NCBI GenBank assembly: GCA_047495785.1
Contig: JBLDXI010000024.1
Coordinates: 2,728,001-2,792,000 of the forward strand
Direction: 5' to 3'
Length of the DNA stretch: 64,000 bases
Source of the DNA: Lepidodermella squamata
Taxonomy: Eukaryota > Animalia > Gastrotricha
The notes under the pieces are model-generated. The model was not told where the DNA came from, searched no databases, and saw nothing but the letters and a program-made list of their open reading frames with translations. Below, piece after piece: positions 51,001-62,293 of the stretch (position 1 is its first letter; each line of letters begins with the position of its first letter). The translations under genes and the position numbers were made by a program.

Positions 51001-54000
51001 CGTTGTAGGCTGCGGCGACGAAATGGTTGCAGTAGTAGTAGTAGTCACTCTTGATGAGTCCAAGATCGTCAACTTCATCTTTTGAATCGCTAAATTGCCA
51101 TCAATTTTCGCCGATGTGCCGTAAATTCTCGCTGCTCCGGATGTGTTCACAATACCAGAAATAGTACATGAACCATTAACGATGCCTTTTGCGCGCAACT
51201 TGGCGACACCCGATGTAACGTGGATGGCTTGAGTGTAAATTTCGACGTATTCTGGCGATTCGAGCCTTAAGCCGTTGCGAATAACTGTCCCATTTGAGTA
51301 GACATCCAGATCTCCATATAATGAAAAACTGCCATTAATGGCTATTTCAGACTCGGCATTGATGAAAAGTCGCGAAGGGACGGTTAATTGCCCATCGAAC
51401 GCAACCGTGCCGTTTAGCGAAAATCTGTCGTTGGCCTCGATATCGACTTCACCAATGACAGTTGCGCTGCCAGCTATCAGTTGATTTTCAGCCGATTCCA
51501 GATTTGACAGGGTGAATAGCATCAGGGTCAAGGCCGCTATCTGCCCTGTTTTAATTCTAGAGCCGCTACCAAACATTAGGAAGACCTGATCTTGTACAGT
51601 TTTCAAATAATTGTGAATTGTACATAAAGCTGGATTTTTTTTCAATATTATTTATGGATAAACAAAAAAGAGATATCTAACACGGTGGAACTATAAAATG
51701 TGAGCCGAAATGATTCAGCAATAGCTTTTCGCTTTTCCCTTCTTGGTCGCGTGGCCAGTTTTTCACTGGTCAAGATTTCTTTATGAAGTACGGCTAAATC
51801 TTCGCAACGGATCGCGGAGTGGTTTTTCCCGCAAAATTGCCGGTGTTTTGCACTCGGCACCATAGCCATGAAATTTGTGGTTACATTTAGGACAGGTGCG
51901 CCAATTTTCTGCCTGCGTCTCTGAACTCCCTCCACGGCTTCTAATTATAAACCCCACGAACTAATTCTTGAAAAGCATCAACGATTCTGTCGTTCATCCA
52001 ACCTTTTTGATCTCGCAGAATCGCCAGTAGGTCACTGGAACAGCAAATCTTCGATCCGGAACTCATCAGACGATGATTGCGCAGCCGGGTCAGTTTCGGG
52101 GGTTGAACCCTCGTATGGCTCATATTTTGAGCCTGACTCGACGACGGGAACTTGAACGACTTCTTGTTACTCGAGGTCGCCGATAACAGCGATGTTGTAT
52201 TGGATAGCTCTGAGGTAGGCATCGATTTCGATATCGATATCGCCGTGTTGTAGACGGAGGCTACCATTGGGAAAGCTATAGCAAAAGGTTCAATAGGCGG
52301 AAAAGTTCTGAGCGAAAAAATGGCCAACTTAATAATCGGAAAAGTATTCATGCGAAAATTTGATGTGTCGAAATTTCAATTTCAAAATCGATTAAAATTA
52401 TTTAAATGTTTTTTTTTAATAATTTAAATAAATAATTTCGGAAAATTCAAAGAAACCTATTTATTTTTTATTTAAATTAAATTAAATTAATATTGAATCA
52501 ATTTTTTATTTATTTAACATTTTTCCTAATTTTTAGCTTCCTGAAAAAGCAGCAAAGACGCTATTCATGTGCGAAAATCCGGACCAGTTTGAATGGTACA
52601 CCCTGTTGATGTTCTCTGCGCTCTACTTCCTCTTCACGTGCTGGTGCTGCGGCATTTCAGTACCGTCCGGCATTTTCGTCCCGAATTTCCTCGTCGGAGC
52701 AGCGTGGGGCCGCCTTCTCGGCGTGTTCTTCTACCACTACCACCCTAGCATGATCGACAGCGAAATCCACCCAGGCAAGTACGCTGTGTTCGGGGCCGCC
52801 GCTCAAATGGCCGGCGTCTCGCGAATGACCTTGACCTTGACCTGCATGGTGGCTGAAGGAACGGGAAATGTCGCATTCGGCCTGCCAGTCATGATTGTTT
52901 GTGTGATTTCGAAGTTCATCGGCGAACTGCTGACCGAGGGCATCTACGAGCAGTATTTACAAATTTTAGCCGTGCCATTTTTGAGCTTCGACCCGCCAGC
53001 TCGAACGGCTAGCATACCGGTGGTGGATATTGCGAGTAGGCCTGTGGTCACCCTGCGAGGCGTCGAAACTGTGTCGAGGATCCTGCACATTCTACTCACT
53101 ACGGAACACTCGGGATTTCCGGTAAAAAAATTGAAAAAAATAAAGGATGATTAAAATTATTATTTTAAATTTAAAATCGCACAATTTGAATTTGACCTCA
53201 TTTTGGACATTTTATTTTTGCGATGATGATTCAATATTTTTGGAAAAATTTCATTTTTTTCATTTCAAAATAAAAAAAACGAAAATTGAGAGATTGCACA
53301 TTGATTTCCAGAAAATCGGGAGAAATACTTGAAAAATCAGTAAAAATCCCAAAAGATTCAGTAGACACCCCCAATTTTTTCTAAAATAAGACAATTTCTA
53401 TATTAAAGCTTATTTTAATGCTTGAAAATAGACAATTCAAAGTTTCCCCATGTAATAATAATTTTATGGGAAAATGAGATTAATTAATAATTCAAGCTTT
53501 TTGACCGAATTTTGGACATGACAAATTAGTGTGATGCTCAAAGAATAGTACTTGGATTTCCATATAATTTTTTTCATAAAAAGAATGAAAGGTGTCTAAA
53601 CCGAACTGAGGTCTCGCGCCGCGCTGAAGGTGGTCCGGTTTTGAGTGAGTCCGCGGTATTTTAAACGGACTTTAAACTTAATCCTTGGAAATACAACGTA
53701 CAATTTTGAATTTCACACATTTTAAGAGCAGGGATGAGTGTCCCTTGTCCCATTCAAAGCTTTTATAAAATTGGACTTTTTTCAAACCGGACTCCGACTC
53801 ACTATCGGTCCGTTTTAGACCCTTATACCGTTTAGTCCTTTATGGAGAGTCCGGATTAGACCCTTAAAATAAGGTGTAAAGTCCTAACTTTTGAAGTCCT
53901 AACGTCCTGTGAATAAAAATTGTACTGAATTTGAATTTTTTCTATGGCATTAAGGTTGTTGATGACGCAGCTGGTCCAGGACTTTCGGGTGGTTTGACCG

Positions 54001-54395
54001 GCCTACTACGACGCGATCAATTATTCGCAATATTAGCCCGCCGCCAGTTTGTCCGAACAATAGACGAAGAAGAACAAGAGCTGGACGAAGATGTTGCCGA
54101 GCGAATTCCGCTGAACGGCCGAAAACTCGATGTCTCAGACATCGTTCTACGGCCGAATGAACTCAGCCAGGCGATAGATTTACGGCCTTACATGAACCCG
54201 GCGCCTTACGCTGTGTTGGACAAGGCGAGTTTGGCCAAGGTTTTCCGGCTATTTCGCGGCCTGGGCTTGAGGCATTTGTGCGTGGTGAATCGGCGCAATG
54301 AAGTTGTTGGTATCGTGACGCGGAAGGACCTAGCTGTTTGGGACAACCCGAAAACCGAGGCGATACCGTTTTCACGCGGTCATGACTACGAATAA
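48062..54395 (+). CDS. CLC H+/Cl- antiporter of the ClC-6/7 branch. Exons 48062-48148, 48257-48560, 48862-49345, 49880-50254, 50312-50555, 52536-53121, 53955-54395
   Basis: ESLDYD, GSGVP, GQEGPMVH, GLAAAFGTPI.GVLF.LEEGASFW, GIFVP, SRMT, GIYE and two CBS domains (HSGFPV, LFRGLGLRHL.VV..VGIVTRKDL). Confidence 0.92.
50767..51576 (-). CDS. Nested intronless gene in CLC intron 5: signal peptide, Gly/beta-rich domain, Thr-rich stalk, hydrophobic C-terminus
   Basis: Open ORF of about 269 aa from ATG 51576. Signal IAALTLMLFTLSNLESA, TTTTT-rich linker, ends ILTPLLASTIAFF (GPI-signal-like). Confidence 0.7.
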   Translation of the reverse strand: MFGSGSRIKTGQIAALTLMLFTLSNLESAENQLIAGSATVIGEVDIEANDRFSLNGTVAFDGQLTVPSRLFINAESEIAINGSFSLYGDLDVYSNGTVIRNGLRLESPEYVEIYTQAIHVTSGVAKLRAKGIVNGSCTISGIVNTSGAARIYGTSAKIDGNLAIQKMKLTILDSSRVTTTTTATISSPQPTTFTTPANDVITDNEIITDNATTTTELFSSPISEINADQTTLSTSGSTLFISSPPTMRNCARYFSEILTPLLASTIAFF

Positions 54396-54671
54396 TAATG
54401 GGCATTTTAAAACTCTCTTTTACTCGTGAAAGAAATTTTGTATAGCGATTTTACAAAATAAATAAATGGTCCTCGTGCGAGAGCAATCAGCTGATCAGTT
54501 ATTAATTATCGATTATCGATTTTCAGCCTTGATTTTTTTATTTTGTCTACATGCTGCTCTAACGAATGTAGAAAAATTATCGATTTTGGGTACCAAGAAG
54601 GTTGATATCGGAAGAATCACTGCGTTTTGAAATCGATACTTGGAATCCGTAGATAAAAAATAATGAAGATA

Positions 54672-54886
54672 CAGGGTGGCCAAAAAGAGCCGCAAGGGGG
54701 CTAAGTTTATTGACTCGAGTGCGCATCAATTTAATAAGGAGTTTACGCCCATGAAACTCCTCAATTTCTCGAAAATCTTAATTAAATTGTTGCGCAGTTG
54801 AATTAAATTGAAGTTGAGATAAATTGATGCATTGATCAAGTCAATAAAAAAAACTTCGCCCCCTGCGGCTCTTTTTGGCCACCCTG
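54672..54886. mobile_element. Tc1/mariner-type MITE, 215 bp
   Basis: TIR cagggtggccaaaaagagccgca / tgcggctctttttggccaccctg, TA on both sides. Confidence 0.9.
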
Positions 54887-55106
54887 TATGACACTCGCGC
54901 GTGCTTTCGCTGTTATGCTTTTTTGCAGTCAATTACAAATTATTGCAATTATTTAAAAAATTATTTAAAATCATTCCCCAAAAATTACGGGAAAAATATA
55001 GCTTGAAAATTGATTTGCTTTGACACCCGCTGATATAATTTGCAGGCAGCGATTGCTCATTAACCTGGGGATATAATTTCGGGTTTTTTTTACAATTTTT
55101 AGCCCT

Positions 55107-55120
55107 GTTGCCATGGCAAC
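55107..55120. promoter_or_regulatory. X-box (RFX-binding) motif
   Basis: Perfect palindrome GTTGCCATGGCAAC. Confidence 0.6.
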
Positions 55121-55842
55121 TCTTCGTAATACGGCGTGCGACTATTCCTCAAATTAATTATTTTCTGATCAATCTTTCACCCTGGAACCTGGAACTATTG
55201 AAATGTTGTGTTTTACGATCTTTCGTCGCAACATGTTGATTCTGAATCGAAATGAATTCAGGCTACAAAACCTCGTTATAATAACGAGGCTTTGTGTATA
55301 AATTTGTATCATTGCTGGCTATATTTTTCAAGTTTAAAGGTGTTTGGAATGAACAGCGATGCCCAATACGGCGATAGGTAAGCTATTAGTATTGCGATGA
55401 AGCCGTGGATATTGAAATCTAGGTTTTTGACTTTGTTTTTGTTTTTAGTCTTTGGCAAACCAAACAAACAAAGCCAGCCCAATGACTTTCATATTGCTTC
55501 CGGACAAACTGTGATCATCTAGAATCTAAAAAATTATATGCTTGCTGCTTGCTTTATATAAAATTGAGGCAAAATCATTCCTCTAAGATCAGGCGACTAA
55601 AGATGTTACTTTATAACAAGCTTGTTTACGCCGAGTTGAAAAATATTTAAGAGATCGCACTATTTGGCACGTGCGCCTATGTGAAATCGTGCAATTAAAG
55701 CCGTAGTGTTGAGAAAACTGTGAATGAAAATTTCGTAATTACGGTTTTTCGACGACTAAAAATTCAAATTTCGGAACCGCGCCCTTGAATTTGATGATAA
55801 AATCATACGTAAAATTACGAATTTTCCATATTTTTTGTACCA

Positions 55843-57683
55843 CACTGGAAAAAAAATCATACTAGCTAGTGGGTTGCTTGCGCGATAGCTAGTACCCATT
55901 ATAGGGTGCTACCTAGTTTTAACCGGGTCTAGCTAGGGCCCCTATGTGCTCCTAGCTAGGACCCTAACGCTATATAACGAGGGTACTACTTATTAACACA
56001 TCGCTGTGTAGCTTGAGCTAACTAGAGTGTCAAGTGTCAGTGTTGTATAGATATTTAGGCCTGCGATTCATCGTTTGCCTAGCTAGGTAATTCACGTCAG
56101 TTTTCACCTATTTAGCGGAATTTCAAATCCTTTTCTAACTAGTATAGCGTCTCGCCGCTTGCTACCTAGTGCTTCCGTTTCCGACTGTCATCCTTCCATT
56201 GACCCGCCCCTTCTTTCAAAAAACAACAAAGTGAAATGAAATTAATTTTATTGAAATGACAGAGAATCCATGATTACATATGCATATAAGAGCAGTAAGC
56301 GTTAGTAGGAAACTTTCCTCTTATTTCAAGATAACCATCAGTCATAATCAATACATAACGAATAACATTAATCGTATCAAGTACAAGTCAGAACTGAATA
56401 GGTGAAATCGTCTGGCTGAGTCATTCAATAGAATCGCAGCTCACGGGGCGAAACTTCAGCCGTCCTGACAGCTCGCATTACTTGATCAACTTCGTCAGCC
56501 TCGCCAATGTAAGCGCGTGATTAAGTCAGAAAGGCGCGATCCAAATTTGGCCCTGGAAAAGTAAAAAGAATATTAAGGAAGGAAAGTAGGAATTCGAGTA
56601 GTTACCGTTAAGGCGGAACACAAGGATCTTCGTTTGAGACGAGAGACGAAGCATGTTTAGCGATCGGATAAGTAACTTTGCCACGCGAACGGTAGAGAAT
56701 GTATTCCAATTTATCAATTGATCTATAATCAATCTATCTAAAAAAGAGCAGTTGTTAGAAATCGTGCAACACTGAGCGAAATGCGGGGGGAAATAACGAA
56801 GTAACACACAGAGGCACTCAATTCAGAACTGCTGCGACTAACGACTAACTAAAATGTAAAACGCAAAATGCCAAGTGAACGGATTATGTCGACGTTATAT
56901 ACAAGAGAGCCCTAACTAGCACACTAAGGCGTTCCAAAAGCACTAGTTAGATAACATTTCAAAAATTTGAATTTCAGCTAACTAGCACAATGAATGCAAC
57001 CTAGGCTAGTTAGCGTAAAAGTACTTGAACCTGCAGCTATCTAGCGCACTAGTGCTGCAAAAGACCAACGCGGCGGTTTTGGTTAGAATTGTCTTTTCAT
57101 AATGATAATTGGATCAGAAAATTCCAGGTAATTGTCAAACAAATTTCGACAACTTTGGCTGAAAGATCATAATATATACCAATCAAATTAGCACTCTTTA
57201 GAATTACTCCCTCATCGGTAGTGCTAATCTACTACTCTCAAGCTAGAACCCCAAAATGTGAATAAATCCATATTTGAAGAATTCCAAAGGATCAATAATC
57301 TTGTACCTGTCTGCTCCTCTGAAATCTTTTCGAAGATATTGTGCCGAGTTAAATTTATCTGACTTTTATCTGAATAGAACGTTAGTGCTAGTTAGCGGCT
57401 AGCGGTCTGCACCCGCACTAACTAGCCATGAATAGTCTGGAAGGAGAAATAAACGCACGGCTATCTGCCTAAGACGCTACATAGTATGCACATCTGTAGC
57501 TAGTTAGAAAAATTAAGCTGAAAACCTAACTAGCAACATCTACCTAGCGCGAAGGCCCTAAATAGAAACATTTTTATTTAGCTCAAAATTGAAGCTAGCG
57601 CAGCAGCTAACTAGGGTATATTCTGTCTAATTAGGGTGACGGCTATTTAGCGCAAGCTAGCTAGTATGAAATTTTTTCCAGTG
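55843..57683. mobile_element. Non-autonomous CACTA/EnSpm-type (CACTG ends) DNA transposon, 1841 bp
   Basis: TIR cactggaaaaaa..tcatactagctag / ctagctagtatgaaattttttccagtg, 2-bp CA duplication on both sides, dense (ta)actagc/ctag subterminal repeats, no transposase ORF. Confidence 0.8.
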
Positions 57684-58247
57684 CAAAAATCGGGACGGGT
57701 GTTTTGGAGAATAAATTTGTTGAAGTTTTGGCGAGGGTCCAACGGTGGCGTGACTTTATTTTATAACGACAGGGCTAGATCGCGAGTGTAATATCTTACG
57801 TATTTTTTATTTATTTATGCTTTTAATCGATACCGCCCCCACATGTTAAAGTATAGTACGCGTGATAAGGATGAGGTCTATCGGTTTGATGAAACTCGAA
57901 GCATGGTACTATGTATTTTGAGGAAATCTAGAGCTGGAATCCCAATGAACATTTAATAATGAATAGAGAGTGCTGTGATCACTAATAATAAGCCATGTTC
58001 TCTTGGTTTTTGTATTTAATACTATCAGGCAGATTGTTTTTTCTCCTGCGTGTACTATACACAGTCATTTATGTAGTAAAAAAGTCGAAAAACCACTAAA
58101 CGACTTTGCTGCGTAAACTAATTTCGCAGACAATTATTTTCCTTTCAATTCAATCTTCCTCGATGTTTCATTTCCTAACATTTCCTTTGAGATTTTAGAG
58201 ATTACGATTCTGAGCTGAGTGAATTACACTGAAATCTGTTCAACATT

Positions 58248-59636
58248 ATGTCAATCTTTGACGCCGAAGTCCAAGCCGGCTATTGTGAGGTAATAGGATT
58301 TATTTATATTTATGGACTACCTAATTTCACCCTTTTGAAGCTTTGCAACGTCGCGAGTCCTCATTTCCAAACAAAACTAGGTGTTCGCCTTGACGAAAGA
58401 TGCGGAGTAAGTTAAATCTTGCCTTATCATTTCAAATGAAAAGCTTTTCATTAGTAGAGATTTGTTGATAGAGCCGAAGAAGAAAGGCTGTTTCGATTGG
58501 AACACATATTGACTATTACGTGTTCTGGACCTGGCGACTTCACTTGCAATCTCACAAGACACTTCCCCTGCAAACTTTGCCGATTAGTTAAATTCGCTTG
58601 TTTGAAAGTGAACGCTGACAAACGATTCAACATCGTACCTGCAGCTGACGATCCTTTCCTTCAAATCAGCAACTGGGCCCGTGAGAAGCTATCGAGAAGA
58701 ACCCGTCAAAGTGACCCAACACTTCGAGACAATCTGTTGAAAAATATTGTCCTGAGACTCGACAACGATTATAAGGTTGCCAAACCTTTCCTTCAAGCGG
58801 AACACTTGAAAGACCGCATACCAGATGACGTCAACGCATTTTGGCACCTCATCAGTTGGTGCGTCCAGGAGTTGAGTGAGTACAAGCTTCCATTGATGCA
58901 GCATTTAACGGATAGTCCAGAGATACCAATCGCTGAGATGTGCTACCTGGTCGAGTCAAGCTACGCCATCATGTTCTACGCTGAAACAGCACTACCGGGC
59001 CATAAGAATGTCATCGAGTCTTTCCAGGAGCTTATGATCACGAAAATGATCCACCAGTGGCCTGAAGTCTTTGTGAGTGAATTTCCATATATTTTAGATT
59101 TTTTCAATTAATTAATACTCCCAGGATATGATGGGAGCTACACATGAGATGATCAAATGCATCCGATCCCTTGAGCCGCCTCTCCAACCTGCCGAGAAGG
59201 CTATCTTCATGGCCATTATTTTCTGCAACGGAGCAGATCCATCAGCAGGTTTGGTAAAATTGTCCGATTATGATAATTAATTTCTCAAAGAAATTATTTA
59301 ATACGCTTAGTCAGCGAGCGAACCTGTGCAAAACTGAACGACTATAAAGAAGCTCTCAGTCGACTTGTTTCGAGGCACATCACTACGACTGTCAACTCAG
59401 AGATCGAGGCTGCCGCTCGAATTGCGCATTTCTGGGCTATTGTCGGCTACGTTGATCACTTGAGAGAGGTTCGCTGGAGATCAGTTCGTGCGTTATGCAG
59501 AAAGCACCCGCGCATCGCTGAGGTCATGATCCGGCCGGTTATCGACTCAGTCTACCGGCGCTGCAAAACTGATATCTATCAGCAGACTGAAGTTGATACT
59601 TTAACAAATAACTTGATGAGGACTCTGAGTCTCTAA
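58248..59636 (+). CDS. Highly divergent nuclear hormone receptor (DBD+LBD). Exons 58248-58289, 58341-58406, 58458-59072, 59125-59248, 59311-59636
   Basis: Spliced product CELC..GVRLDERCGRFVDR..CSGPGDFTC..CKLCRLVKFACLKV follows NR zinc-finger spacing. LBD-like LQPAEKAIFMAIIFC..D, RIAHF and PVIDSVY. AATAAA downstream. Confidence 0.7.
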
Positions 59637-61382
59637 ATTGATAATTTTCTAGTAAAAATTGGCAACTTACCAAAATAAAAATTCGAAGCACTGCTCTAAT
59701 AAAAATATCAATCACTTTCTATTAGCTATGTGAAACAGCTCGAAGATTATTTACTTTAGTTGAACCAGCGAATCTTACTATTTGGTTCCGAAGGTTTGAA
59801 ACCGGATTGGTTAGCTGGGGAAAGCTTGCGACAGGTGCCATTTTATTTTATTTTCCACGACTACATTTTTCAACATCAACCAATTTTGGATTTATTAGTT
59901 TTGAATTTTTGGCCTGAATGGGACATTGATCCATGACCCATAATCGCACTCGGAAATGGTTTCAATAAAATGTGTTGCAATTTGGCAATTTTAGCGACGC
60001 GGAAAAATCAAACCGAGCTGGAACATTGTTTATTTCAGCATTTATGCTTTATGTTGGTCGTGAAACATTTGAATCCAGGTTCGATCTCTCGCGTTCCAAG
60101 TGACGTGAAAGTGAAAAGTTGAAATCAATCTAAGATCCTAATCCACGTTGCGTTGCCGCGAGGAATTTTGTTCCGCAAGACAATAAAATTAAAAACCGTA
60201 CACGGAAACCATGAACATGGTGATTCAATAGATGGGACATACCCAAGCTACTCCTCCGCCGAAATAGAGTGACATTGATGCTGTTTCGCAATCTGAAACT
60301 TTAATTTTCATACATAGGTACATAGGCTCAACCACTATCACGGACAATCAGGAGGATTCGGGAGTGTTTCGATGGGCTCGAAAGTCGAAAGGTGTCAAAT
60401 TTCGAAATTTCAATTGTGAAAAAACCATGAGATTGCGCATGGGAATGGGAGAATGGGAATTGGGTCAGTCGATTAATTTCAAGAAAATAACACATTTTGG
60501 AGTTAACCTGGTGATTGCCTTGATAATTTCCAACTCGTGATGTTTGAAAGCAACTCAGGATAATTACCTAAGCAAGAATAACACATGTTCACATGTTGTT
60601 TACCTCTCGAATTTCGTGTTGTGTCGCATTGGCTATTCCACTGAGCAAACCAAGGATGAAAATCGCGCTGGTATGTGATTGCGGCAAAATTTATCCTGAT
60701 TAGGTGCGTTATTAGCCGACAACATTTCAAACGTGTGCGTCAACGAGTTAAGCGATTACTTCCAGTTCATCTTCGTCAGAATCGACTCTGCGCTCTGCGT
60801 CTGCAGCTAATGATAAACTGCTAGACGAAAGCCCCAGCCTTCATTGGACCAGCGACAAACGCGAACTGCGAGTTAATCGCCTCTTTGACGAAGTTGCTGG
60901 GATCTCCCAATATCGGTTGGGATGAAGGTCTACTTCGACTTTATCACCGATTTCACTGATGAAGCAGCTGAGAATTTGAAAAAGTCTGAGGTTAGGACCA
61001 TAATCTGAGTTCCTTGTTACAGATTATTAACCTAGTAAATTCTGTTAGCAAGAGGTGAAATGGAACCGGTAAGGATGCTTCCGCTTGACTCATTGTTGAC
61101 GAGAAGCTGAATCGCCAAAGGAAGCGGAAAGCCCTCCTCAACTTGGTTCGCTGCTCTAGCTAGTCGTTGTAGCATGTACAGGTCATTGTGATTCTAATCC
61201 TTGTAGTTTGCCTATGCGTCAACAACAACTGACATTTTTTTCCGAAAAAAAGTAGCCACCCACGTTAATACTAGTCACCCGCGCGTATTCTCGCTCATTG
61301 AAAAATACGAGAACTGGTCGCATCCGTTTATTCATCGTTTAATGTAAAGTGTTGGTTCTAGTGATAGAAATCGCGGTTTTGC

Positions 61383-62293
61383 ATGATTTGTGTGGCAACG
61401 GTTGCGTCTAAGCCGTGTTCAGTTCCTGGCCGAGCTTATGGAACCTTTTGGGTCGATTCTAAGCCAGTACTTGCCAATGATCCAATCGCTGTAGGGAAAA
61501 CGCTAACTTAGGAGTGTGCTGATCCGAACTTCCTTTCTTTAAAGGATGGTCCATCAGAGGTGATTGTCGATGAAATAATAATTAATTTTCAATTTCATAA
61601 TATTTACTAATTTAGGTAAGATGCCGTAGCTCAGGACTGTGGAGCCAAGAACTCGGTTTCTGTCGCGAAACCCCCAGAAGGCCGAGGCCATTACCCACAA
61701 AAACTATTACGACCACTGAGATGATTCCAGAGCCAGAGCCAGAGCAAGATACCACAACGCCGGCAAAACCCCCCGCTGGCAATTGCGGTTCGCCTCCCGA
61801 GGTAGAATTCGGCGAGCTCTTGGATAACACAACTGAGACTGGGTCGACCGCAACCCGTTCAGTTCGCTACGTCAAATGCATGGATGGATACGTTTTGACT
61901 GGAAATCCCAGGATCGTTTGCTTGGCTAGTGGTCGATGGACTAATGCAGCGAAATGAACGCCTGCGCCTGCTGACGAAGAGTAATTGATTGCTAATCCAT
62001 CCAACTATTCGCCTTATTTCTATTCGCTATTTCCCTTTGTTTGCTTTAGTACCGCAACTCCTTCAGAAGTAGAAACTCCGCCACCCGGCGAGACTCCTAC
62101 AACGGAAGCCGAGACCGATGAGACTTTCGCAACCAATTCGCAACGTCAAAGGACGACGACCCTTCCAACCCTTGCTACAATAGTAATTTCGACCACAAAA
62201 TTCATATTGCCAAATTGTTGCCGAGCAGTTGCAGTTAATGACCCAATGGCCCTCGTAGCCTTTGCTTATATCACAACTCGTTTGATGTGGTGA
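61383..62293 (+). pseudogene. Two-sushi (CCP) + T/P-rich stalk + GPI-like tail gene, disabled
   Basis: CSVP..G..LT*EC..VRC..SGLWS..FC and CGSPP..KCMDGYVLTGNPRIVCLASGRWT..K*. In-frame TAG at 61509-61511 and TGA at 61955-61957. Introns about 61560-61615 and 61981-62049. Confidence 0.7.

Noticed and set aside
53590-53900. Degenerate inverted and direct repeats in the last CLC intron
   Set aside because: Probably an old MITE, but ends and TSD could not be defined
12744-61957. Stop-codon reassignment or selenocysteine suggested by several in-frame stops (TAG for Ser, TAA for Trp, TAG for Tyr, TGA for Cys)
   Set aside because: The stops replace different amino acids, cluster in duplicated genes with more than one lesion, and all three codons terminate intact genes normally
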